31,775 nucleotides of DNA, from positions 1 through 31,775 of the forward strand of contig JBDGUI010000023.1 of assembly GCA_042216015.1 (NCBI GenBank). Reading direction: 5' to 3'. Numbering within the stretch: the stretch's first letter is position 1; each line of letters begins with the position of its first letter. Origin of the DNA: Halodesulfurarchaeum sp. GTDB lineage: Archaea; Halobacteriota; Halobacteria; Halobacteriales; Halobacteriaceae. Below, one piece after another: positions 6,673-14,549 of the stretch. Made by a program: the position numbers and the translations under genes. The notes beneath the pieces are model-generated. The model was not told where the DNA came from. It ran no database searches and saw only the letters and a list, made by a program, of their open reading frames with translations.

Positions 6673-7977
6673 TTACCTGTAGTCCTCGAGTGAAACGTCT
6701 TCGACACCCGGCACCGTTGCCTCCCTGAAATCGGCTGGGTCCCGGTGTTCCGGGATCGTGGCGTCCACGATCCACTTCGTGAGTGTTCCGGTCTCGAAAT
6801 GCTGTGACGGATCGAGCGAGGATCCCTTCGCGTTCTCGATCGTCGTGACGTCCCGATCGGGCTGAACCCGTGTCGCAACCGCCCACTCCACGGAATCCGG
6901 ATCGGTGGGGTCGATGTCCCTATCGACGACCACCACCCGCTTCATGGACGGGTGAGCGGCGAGTGCGGCCATCCCGGCGTTCTTCGCGTCGCCCTCGGTC
7001 CGCTTCTCGATGGAGACGGCGCCGTGCAGCCACGAACACCCACCCGGAGTGAGCACCACCTCCCGAACGGTCGGGACCGTGTTCTGGACGATGCGATTGA
7101 TTCGCGGTTCCTGGGGGAGGCCCATCAGGTGTGCGTGTTCCCGCCTTCCCGGGACGACGACCCTGACGATGGGGTCCGGTCGAAGGTGAAGCGCCGTGAT
7201 CTCCACGACGGGCTGCTGGCGAATGGTGTCCCAGGTCCGAGAGAGATCCACGAACGGTCCCTCCTCGCGAGTTTCCTCGAGGATCCGGCCGGTCATCACC
7301 AGTTCGGCCGCCGCGGGAACGATAATGCCGCCGTTCACGGTCGTCGTCTCCAGGTCACCCTCCCGCAACGCGTTGGCGACCTCCAGCTCGCTCATGTCGG
7401 GACTGCCCGACGTCGCCGCCGCAAGTTCGACGGCCGGGTGAACCCCGACCACGATGGCGACGTCGAGTGGGCCCTCGGTTCGCTCCCGAATGTCGTGGAG
7501 GTGCCGTTCGACCAGCCGCATGACGAACTCGGAGCCACCGTCGTACATCAGCCGATGGAAGGAGAGGTTGTGCACGCCGGTGTCCGGGTCCCTGGCGATC
7601 ACGATGCCGGAGGCGATGTACTGGCGCTCGTGTTCGGCATAGTAGGTCGGGATCGGAACGTAATCCGCGACGGTCGGTGAATCGGCGACGTGCTCGAAGG
7701 CAGCCTCGGTCGAATCGGCGAGCGGGCGGGGATCGGTCGTCGCCTGCCGCAGCGCGGAGACGACTTCACTCGACCCGACTCCCAGTGCCTCCCCAATGCG
7801 TTCCCGAGAGGAGACCACGTTCGTCACGGCACGGACCGCCGGGTATCCCGCCACGGACTCGAAGACGAGTGGGCGGGACTCGTCCTTCCCGGCGAGTGCC
7901 GCCAGTTCGAATCGGGGATCGACCGGTTCGGTCAGTTCCGTGACGGACGATCCCGACAGGACGGTTCGCAGGCCCAT
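6673..7977 (-). CDS. UbiD-family prFMN-dependent decarboxylase, likely trans-anhydromevalonate-5-phosphate decarboxylase
   Basis: NLSFHRL, RLVERHL, EEGPFVDLSRTWD, GGCSWLH, AHPSMKRVVVVDRDID, VEWAVATRVQPDRD, GSSLDPS; 19 bp upstream of the AcnX genes. Confidence 0.85.
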   Translation of the reverse strand: MGLRTVLSGSSVTELTEPVDPRFELAALAGKDESRPLVFESVAGYPAVRAVTNVVSSRERIGEALGVGSSEVVSALRQATTDPRPLADSTEAAFEHVADSPTVADYVPIPTYYAEHERQYIASGIVIARDPDTGVHNLSFHRLMYDGGSEFVMRLVERHLHDIRERTEGPLDVAIVVGVHPAVELAAATSGSPDMSELEVANALREGDLETTTVNGGIIVPAAAELVMTGRILEETREEGPFVDLSRTWDTIRQQPVVEITALHLRPDPIVRVVVPGRREHAHLMGLPQEPRINRIVQNTVPTVREVVLTPGGCSWLHGAVSIEKRTEGDAKNAGMAALAAHPSMKRVVVVDRDIDPTDPDSVEWAVATRVQPDRDVTTIENAKGSSLDPSQHFETGTLTKWIVDATIPEHRDPADFREATVPGVEDVSLEDYR

Positions 7978-7999
7978 GGCGGCACTTTTCCGGCCGACC

Positions 8000-8007
8000 C
8001 ATTAAGC
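8000..8007 (-). promoter_or_regulatory. Putative TATA box of the ubiD-acnX-ubiX cassette
   Basis: Minus strand GCTTAATG about 24-30 nt upstream of the ATG at 7977, inside the 119-bp divergent spacer shared with nth. Confidence 0.45.
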
Positions 8008-8096
8008 ATTCCCAACCTATTCCCCACCGATTTCGGAAAATTCGCACGGGTGGCCGGTGTCGAACGGCTCAAGTTCCCCCCTGCCCACCGCCCCGT

Positions 8097-8756
8097 ATGG
8101 GCACGCCGCGGGAGGATCGACACGAACAGACCGCCGTCGTCATCGAGCGACTGGAGGAGGCCTATCCAAACGCGACGATTTCGCTCGAGTATTCGAACCG
8201 ATTCGAACTGTTGGTCGCCGTGGTGCTCTCCGCTCAGTGTACCGACGAACGGGTGAATCAGATCACCGATGAACTCTTCACCCGATATCAATCTCCCCGA
8301 GATTTTGCAACTGCCGATGAGGAGACCGTGGCCGACGTTATCGGTTCCTGCACGTACCCGAACAGCAAGGCGTCCTCTCTGATCGGGATCGGCGAACGGC
8401 TTCTCGAGAGTCACGACGGACACGTGCCGGACACGATGGAAGAACTGACCGAATTGCCCGGCGTCGGACGGAAAACGGCGAACGTCGTCCTGCAACACGG
8501 CCACGATACCGCCTCGGGAATCGCCGTCGACACCCACGTGAAGCGGCTCTCGAGACGGCTCGGCCTGACCGACGCTGAGGACCCGGAAAAGATCGAGCGG
8601 GACCTCCTCGAACTCGTTCCGGAAGACGACTGGAAGTTGTTCACCCACTGGCTGATCTCCCACGGCCGAGCGGTCTGTACCGCCCGCTCGCCGGACTGTG
8701 AGTCGTGTGTTCTCGAGGACGTTTGCCCGGCATCACGCCTCGAGGAGGTGGAGTGA
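8097..8756 (+). CDS. nth: Endonuclease III
   Basis: LVAVVLSAQCTDERVN, HhH motif LPGVGRKTANVVL, VDTHV, 4Fe-4S motif CTARSPDCESCVLEDVC. Confidence 0.95.
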   Translation: MGTPREDRHEQTAVVIERLEEAYPNATISLEYSNRFELLVAVVLSAQCTDERVNQITDELFTRYQSPRDFATADEETVADVIGSCTYPNSKASSLIGIGERLLESHDGHVPDTMEELTELPGVGRKTANVVLQHGHDTASGIAVDTHVKRLSRRLGLTDAEDPEKIERDLLELVPEDDWKLFTHWLISHGRAVCTARSPDCESCVLEDVCPASRLEEVE

Positions 8757-8834
8757 TCGTGCGAGCAGTCCTACACCCCGCAGCCTTTTGCCGACCCCGT
8801 TCAAACCACGAGCAATGAATCGGGAGGGCGTTCG

Positions 8835-9575
8835 ATGAAAGTTGGCCTGTTCGATCCAGTGGGACGGATCGATCGGGGAGCGCACGTCCGGGAAACAGAC
8901 GGTATCGAACTCGTCCGGATGGAGACGGTCGCGGACGTTTCGAAGCGAGTTTCCGACCTCGAATGGGTGCTCCCCGTGGGAGAGGAGGCACTGCTCTCGA
9001 TCGTTCGGTCCGGCATCGGGATACCAGTCGTCCCGGTCGGGGTCGACACCGGCGTCCCTGGCGTGGAGGAGCGGGCACTGGGGGCAGGTCTGGAATCGCT
9101 CGCGAGCGGTGAGGTGGAGTCGATCGCGATCCCGACGATCGACGTGTCGCTTGGCGAGAGCGCCTCCCGGGCCCTGATGGACGTCATGGCCGTGACGGCC
9201 GAACCCGCCCGGATCTCCGAGTTCCGGACCACCACCGGTGACGGAACCGTCGTGGACACGGTCCGTGCCGACGGCATCGTGGTCTCGGGGCCAGGGGGAA
9301 CACCGGGGTACGGGACCGCCGTCGACGGGCCGATTCTCGACCCTGCCGTCGAGGGGATGGCCGTCGTGCCGGTGGGCCAATTCCGGACGACCCACCCTCG
9401 ATGGGTACTCTCCCCGCCGGTGGAAATTGCGGTCGTCCGTGATACCGTCCCGATCTCGCTCGTCGTCGACGATCGCGAGGTCGAGACGATGCCCCCGGAC
9501 ACGGCGCTTCGACTCACGTGGGGGACCCCGGTCGAAGTTGGGGTCCTGGAACAGTCGACGACGGGGCTTGGCTAA
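8835..9575 (+). CDS. NAD(+) kinase-like protein (degenerate motifs)
   Basis: VRADGIVVSGPGGTPGYGTAVDGPIL resembles the NAD kinase ADG...TPTGSTAY..SAGGP region; the GGDG motif is absent (PVGEEALL). Confidence 0.65.
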   Translation: MKVGLFDPVGRIDRGAHVRETDGIELVRMETVADVSKRVSDLEWVLPVGEEALLSIVRSGIGIPVVPVGVDTGVPGVEERALGAGLESLASGEVESIAIPTIDVSLGESASRALMDVMAVTAEPARISEFRTTTGDGTVVDTVRADGIVVSGPGGTPGYGTAVDGPILDPAVEGMAVVPVGQFRTTHPRWVLSPPVEIAVVRDTVPISLVVDDREVETMPPDTALRLTWGTPVEVGVLEQSTTGLG

Positions 9576-9618
9576 GGAGCCAGCCACGTTTCTCGGTCCG
9601 AAGTCGTCCCATGACCTC

Positions 9619-9879
9619 TCAGCCCTCCAGTTCCCCCTCTTCCCGGAGTGCCCCCATGATATCGTCCACCAGGGAGTCGACGTCTTCGTAGGGAAAGTTC
9701 GCGTGGCTGCCGAGTTTCGAGGCCAATTCCATAACGGAGAAGGAACGATCGCCGGCCTCGAAGGTGGTTCGGGGACCCTTCGGCAGGGCCGGGACGAGAT
9801 CCATCTGCCCCATGACGGGATACTCGGCGTCCTCGAATGCCGCGACGAATTCCGCACGGAGATCCTCTTCGACGGTCAT
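9619..9879 (-). CDS. MTH865-family small protein
   Basis: AFEDAEYPVMGQMDLVPALPKGPRTTF...FPYEDVDSLVDDI; start MTVEED at 9879. Confidence 0.8.
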   Translation of the reverse strand: MTVEEDLRAEFVAAFEDAEYPVMGQMDLVPALPKGPRTTFEAGDRSFSVMELASKLGSHANFPYEDVDSLVDDIMGALREEGELEG

Positions 9880-9991
9880 ATTCCCGACTTTTGGTCCACT
9901 CAAAAAAGCATTGTGAATCGATCGGGATGGGGGCCCTACTATAGAAACGCCGAACTCAAGTTTTTTGGTCACAGCCGGCCACCTGAGAGAC

Positions 9992-11056
9992 ATGCGGGAT
10001 GCGTTGACTGCGTGGCGGACGGACGTGGATCGAGAGATCGCGAAGCTCCTGCCACGGACGATCACCGACGAGAAGCTGGCCGAGTTGTTCGGAGCGCCCC
10101 GTTTCGAATACGACACGGAGGCGATCGAACGCGCCCTCTTCGAACCGGTCTGGGACCTGCTTGACCGCGGGGGAAAGCGCTGGCGGCCGGTTCTCTTTCT
10201 CGAACTCGTCCGGGCACTGGAGGTGGACCCCAACCAGTATCTTTCGTACGCCACGATCCCCGAAATCCTTCACACCGGAACGATCATCGTCGACGACGTG
10301 GAGGACGACGCCACTCTCCGTCGCGGCGAGGAGGCGATTCACCTCCGGTATGGAACCGACATCGCACTGAACGCTGGAAACGCCCTCTACTTCGTCCCCC
10401 TGAAGATCATCTCCCAGAATCCGGCGGACCTCGAGCCGTCCCAGCAGCTTTCGATCTACGAGATGCTGACCTTCGAACTCAATCGCACGCACCTCGGCCA
10501 GGGGACCGACATCGTCTGGCACAACACCCCGAGCGTCGAGATCACCGAGGAGCAGTACCTCGAGATGAGCGCGTGCAAGACGGGCTGTCTCGGTCGGATC
10601 GCCGGCCGACTCGCGGCCCTCGTCACCGACCGAGGCGAGGCTGTGGAGGAGGCATTTGCGGCCTACGCCGAATCACTCTCGATCGCGTTCCAGATCGGCG
10701 ACGACATCCTCGACGTGAAAAATTCACTCGACCAGGCCGGCGAGTTCGGAAAGGCCTTCGGAAACGACATCCGCGAGGGCAAACGGACGCTCCTCGTTAT
10801 CCACGCCCTCAGAAACGCCAGTCCGGCGGATCGGGAGCAACTCGAAGCGACGCTCGACGCGGACGAGGTGACCGACGAGGAGATCACGGCGGTCCTCGAT
10901 CTCCTCCAGGAGACGAACAGCGTCGCCCACGCCCGCGAAACCGCCGAGGAACTGGCAGCGGACGCCAGGTCCCATCTCGAGGGCCTGGATCTCGATCCGG
11001 AGGTGAAAGCTTCCCTCGATGAGTTCACCCACTACGTCATCGAACGGGATCGGTAG
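9992..11056 (+). CDS. trans-polyprenyl diphosphate synthase (IdsA/GGPP synthase family)
   Basis: GGKRWRP, first Asp-rich motif HTGTIIVDDVEDDATLRRG, GQGTD, KTG, second motif FQIGDDILD, DIREGKRT. Start MRDAL at 9992. Confidence 0.9.
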   Translation: MRDALTAWRTDVDREIAKLLPRTITDEKLAELFGAPRFEYDTEAIERALFEPVWDLLDRGGKRWRPVLFLELVRALEVDPNQYLSYATIPEILHTGTIIVDDVEDDATLRRGEEAIHLRYGTDIALNAGNALYFVPLKIISQNPADLEPSQQLSIYEMLTFELNRTHLGQGTDIVWHNTPSVEITEEQYLEMSACKTGCLGRIAGRLAALVTDRGEAVEEAFAAYAESLSIAFQIGDDILDVKNSLDQAGEFGKAFGNDIREGKRTLLVIHALRNASPADREQLEATLDADEVTDEEITAVLDLLQETNSVAHARETAEELAADARSHLEGLDLDPEVKASLDEFTHYVIERDR

Positions 11057-11080
11057 GTTGCTCCGAGTTGCTCTGTCGAC

Positions 11081-11563
11081 TCACCTGCTTCCATCTCCCG
11101 ATGCTTCGAGATCGGCGAGGAGTCCGTCGAGCACTCGTTCCATTTCGCGCTTGGCAAGGGCCTCGGCCTTCGATCGGACCCATTCGACCGACAGACCGAA
11201 CGGGAGGGAGATGGCGTTCGAATCGAGCGATTCCGGGTCGTAGTCGATCCACACGTCGATACGGGACCCAGCCCGGTTTTCGATCGCCGTAATCTCGATG
11301 GATCCGGTTGCCGTGAGATCCCCGAGGAGCGTCCACGAGATCTCCCGTGGCGGGTCGACGGCGGTGAGTCGGGTTCGAACGTCGGCTGACAGTCCCAGCG
11401 CCGCGACTCGAAGCTCGTATTCTGTCCCGACATCGCCGTCGCCGGCCCTGGAGACGGACTCGAGGTGTGGCGTGTGGGCGGGATAGGCCTCGAAATCACT
11501 CACCTCCTCGAACACGACGACAGGCGGGAATTTCACGGTTCGGCTGGTCTCGATTCGGGTCAC
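11081..11563 (-). CDS. SRPBCC/START-like (polyketide cyclase/Coq10-like) protein
   Basis: PPVVVFEEVSDFEAYPAHTPHLESV pattern and C-terminal amphipathic helix; probable GTG start at 11563. Confidence 0.75.
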   Translation of the reverse strand: MTRIETSRTVKFPPVVVFEEVSDFEAYPAHTPHLESVSRAGDGDVGTEYELRVAALGLSADVRTRLTAVDPPREISWTLLGDLTATGSIEITAIENRAGSRIDVWIDYDPESLDSNAISLPFGLSVEWVRSKAEALAKREMERVLDGLLADLEASGDGSR

Positions 11564-11633
11564 GCGTGGCTGGTCCGGTTCGGCGACCAATGAGCGTGCC
11601 GACTGGGCCCGTCGTGGGGCCAGCATCGCGCAG

Positions 11634-11639
11634 TTTTAT
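11634..11639 (+). promoter_or_regulatory. Putative TATA box of coaBC
   Basis: TTTTAT about 27 nt upstream of ATG 11667. Confidence 0.55.
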
Positions 11640-11666
11640 CCCGGTCGCCCCCAAATTCGGCGTATC

Positions 11667-12836
11667 ATGCTCGACGGGACGAACGTGGCGCTCTGTGTGA
11701 CCGGGAGCGTCGCGGCCGTGAAAGTCGTCGAACTGGCCCACGAGCTTCGCCGACGCGGAGCGACCGTCCGTGCGGTCATGACCGAATCGGCCCGCGGAAT
11801 CGTCCATCCGGACGCCGTGACGTACGCCACTGACGCCCCGGTCGTCACGGAACTCACGGGTGACGTCGAGCACGTGGAACTCTGCGGTGCTGATGGATGG
11901 GCTGACGTCTGTCTGGTGGCCCCGGCGACGGCCAACACGATCGGCAAAATCGCGAACGGGATCGACGACACTCCCGTAACGACGGTGGTCACGTCGGCTC
12001 TCGGGACGGGCCTTCCGCTGGTCGTCGCACCGGCCATGCACGAGGGGATGTTCGATCACCCGGGCGTGGGCGAAAACATCGACACGCTCGAGCGCTGGGG
12101 CGTCACCGTGGTTCCACCCCGGGTCGAGGAGGGGAAGGCGAAGATTGCCGACGCTGACACGATCGCCCTCGAGACCGCCAGGGCAACACCACCCTCGCCA
12201 CTCGCCGGGACCCGCGTCGTGGTCACCAGCGGCGCAACCGCGGAGCCGATCGATCCCGTTCGCGTCCTCACGAACCGGGCGAGTGGACGAACGGGCCGAG
12301 CCGTCGCTCGAGGGATCTACGTGAACGGCGGAAACGTGACGCTGGTTCACGATGGAGACCGGGTTCCGTACGCCGACGTGGTTCGGGTTCGGACCGCCAG
12401 CGAGATGATGGAGGCGACGCTCGAATGCGCCCCCGACAGTGACGCGTTCGTCTCCGCGGCGGCCGTCTCGGATTACACGGTCGAACCCGCCGGAGAGAAA
12501 CTCAACTCCGGCGAGAAACGAACGCTCGAACTCGAACCGACACCGAAACTCGTGGATGCGGTGCGGGACATGGCTCCCGACCTGCCCATCGTCGGGTTCA
12601 AGCTGGAGAGCAATTCTGACCGGCTACTCGCCGCCGCCAGGGAGCTTCGCGACCGAGTCTCGATGGCCTTCGTCGTGGCGAACGAGACGACGGCGATGGG
12701 CGGAACCGACACGAGTGCCTCTTTCGTCTTCCCGGACGGTACCCGCTCCTTCGAGGGCGATAAATCCGCACTCGGACTCGAAATCGCCGACGAACTCGCC
12801 GCTCGGATCGCCTCAGACGAGGAGGCCGAAGAGTAG
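11667..12836 (+). CDS. coaBC: Bifunctional phosphopantothenoylcysteine decarboxylase/phosphopantothenate-cysteine ligase
   Basis: VTGSVAAVK, VEHVEL, APATANTIGKIANGIDD, PAMH, TSGATAEPIDPVRVLTNRASGRTG, AAAVSDY, VGFKLE. Confidence 0.95.
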   Translation: MLDGTNVALCVTGSVAAVKVVELAHELRRRGATVRAVMTESARGIVHPDAVTYATDAPVVTELTGDVEHVELCGADGWADVCLVAPATANTIGKIANGIDDTPVTTVVTSALGTGLPLVVAPAMHEGMFDHPGVGENIDTLERWGVTVVPPRVEEGKAKIADADTIALETARATPPSPLAGTRVVVTSGATAEPIDPVRVLTNRASGRTGRAVARGIYVNGGNVTLVHDGDRVPYADVVRVRTASEMMEATLECAPDSDAFVSAAAVSDYTVEPAGEKLNSGEKRTLELEPTPKLVDAVRDMAPDLPIVGFKLESNSDRLLAAARELRDRVSMAFVVANETTAMGGTDTSASFVFPDGTRSFEGDKSALGLEIADELAARIASDEEAEE

Positions 12837-14549
12837 CCCGCTCAAGACGACCACGAGAATTCCAATACTCGCCGCGATCGTCGCCCTGAGACTGCCCCGC
12901 GTGACATCCGGTCCGTTCGGCCAAATCGCGGTCCGGAGGTCCGTCAACAGGCGATAGGGTGAGGAGAGCGTTTCTGCTATCGCGTAGGACCACGAGGAAA
13001 CGACGCGATCAACGCCCGCAAAGAGGGTAGTCGTCCCGCGCACCAGACCGCGCGTTCCGTAGAACACCGCGGGATTGTAGATGGCATCCACGTCCGGCAC
13101 CCGCCCGACGTGTGAGAGCGGCTTCTTGACGATCACGAACCCGATCACCCCGAGTGCCGCGAGGATCAACCCCTCCGCGATGTGGCTCAGGGAGAACGTC
13201 GCGAACCCGTGGGTGGCTCCCGGCAGAATCGAGTAAAGCAGGTCGGGGTACACCCCAAAGAGGACCAGCAGCGAGGCGACACCCAGCATGGATACGGCCT
13301 GACCGACAGTGGCCCGTTCCACCTCGTACTCCCGATCGGCGTGGCGGAAGAAGGCGTAGTAGCCGAACTTGATGAAGGACATGAACGTCCCCACGCCCGC
13401 GGCGAGAAGCAGGTAATAGATCCCCATGAGGTGCTCGTGGTGGGCGGCGGCACCGATTAGCCCCTTGCTGACGAAGCCGTTGAACCCGGGGAATCCGCTG
13501 ATCGACAGCGCCGCGACGGTAAACGCGAGGGCCGTGATCGGGAGATGCTCCTTGAGAGCCCCCAGATACTTGAGGTTCTCCTCGCCCGTTTTCGCGACGA
13601 CCACGCCCGCGGTCATGAACAGGAGCGCCTTGTAGAGGATGTGATTGAAGACGTGGGCGAACGCGCCGGCGGTCGCGAGCGCCGTGCCGATTCCGACGCC
13701 TGCTACCATGTAGCCGACCTGGGACTGAATGTGGTAGGAAAGCAGCCGACGCATGTCGTTCTGGAGCAACGCGTAGATGACCCCAATCATCGCCATCGCG
13801 GCACCCATGTAGGCGACAGCGAGGTTCCCATCGGGAAACACGCGTGCGAGCCCGTAGACGCCGGTCTTGGTCGTGTACACCGAGAGGAACACGCTCGCCG
13901 CGACGTGAGGACGGGGATACGTGTCGGGCAGCCAGGTGTGCAGCCCCACGAACCCGACGTTGATCCCGATGCCGACGGCGGCGAGTGCCGTCGGGATACC
14001 CGGCGAGAGCCCATGACTCGCGCTGAAGAGGAACGACCCCACCTCCATGTAGTGCCAGACGATCGCGGCCATGAGCAAACTCCCGCTGATCCCGTGGTAA
14101 ATCGCGTACCGAAAGCCCGCTCTGACGGCTTCGCCGCCGTAGTCCCAGACCAGGAGGGTGCTGGTCACCGCCATGAGCTCCCAGAAGAACACCATCGTCA
14201 ACCAGTCCCCGGCGAAGACCGCACCGAGACTGGTGCCGACGTAGCCGAGCGCGAAGCCGGTCTGTCGGTTGCTGGCTCCCGTCGAGAAGGAGTAAAGCAC
14301 GGCGGCGGCCCCGATCAACCCGAAGATCACGCCCATCAACCGCGAGAGCGTATCGACCTGGAGCAAGACGGCATCGAAGCCGAGGAACTGCATCGGAATG
14401 TGAACGCCAGCCGGCGCGAGCAGCGACCAGACCGACGCACCTCCGGTCGCAAGGAACCCGAGACCGTGTCCCGCTCGCCGCGGGAGCAACGGCATGAGAA
14501 CCGCGACCGCGAGGACCACGAAGGCCGGAACGATTAGCGGAACGTCCAT
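12813..14549 (-). CDS. Mrp/Pha Na+/H+ antiporter subunit D-like (third NuoL/M/N-family paralog)
   Basis: Hydrophobic; FWELMAV, LHTWLPDTYP, RRLLSYHIQSQVGYM, HILYKALLF, GFVSK. 3' end overlaps the convergent coaBC by 24 bp. Confidence 0.88.
   Translation of the reverse strand: MDVPLIVPAFVVLAVAVLMPLLPRRAGHGLGFLATGGASVWSLLAPAGVHIPMQFLGFDAVLLQVDTLSRLMGVIFGLIGAAAVLYSFSTGASNRQTGFALGYVGTSLGAVFAGDWLTMVFFWELMAVTSTLLVWDYGGEAVRAGFRYAIYHGISGSLLMAAIVWHYMEVGSFLFSASHGLSPGIPTALAAVGIGINVGFVGLHTWLPDTYPRPHVAASVFLSVYTTKTGVYGLARVFPDGNLAVAYMGAAMAMIGVIYALLQNDMRRLLSYHIQSQVGYMVAGVGIGTALATAGAFAHVFNHILYKALLFMTAGVVVAKTGEENLKYLGALKEHLPITALAFTVAALSISGFPGFNGFVSKGLIGAAAHHEHLMGIYYLLLAAGVGTFMSFIKFGYYAFFRHADREYEVERATVGQAVSMLGVASLLVLFGVYPDLLYSILPGATHGFATFSLSHIAEGLILAALGVIGFVIVKKPLSHVGRVPDVDAIYNPAVFYGTRGLVRGTTTLFAGVDRVVSSWSYAIAETLSSPYRLLTDLRTAIWPNGPDVTRGSLRATIAASIGILVVVLSGLLFGLLV

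Noticed and set aside
4446..7977. UbiD/UbiX as an aromatic-acid or quinone-biosynthesis decarboxylase
   Set aside because: They bracket both AcnX subunits and abut mvaD, which fits the modified mevalonate pathway better; not formally excluded without phylogeny.
12813..12836. 24-bp convergent overlap of coaBC and the last Mrp gene (and an 18-bp one at 29753-29770)
   Set aside because: Short tail-to-tail overlaps are common in compact genomes; nothing suggests a function.
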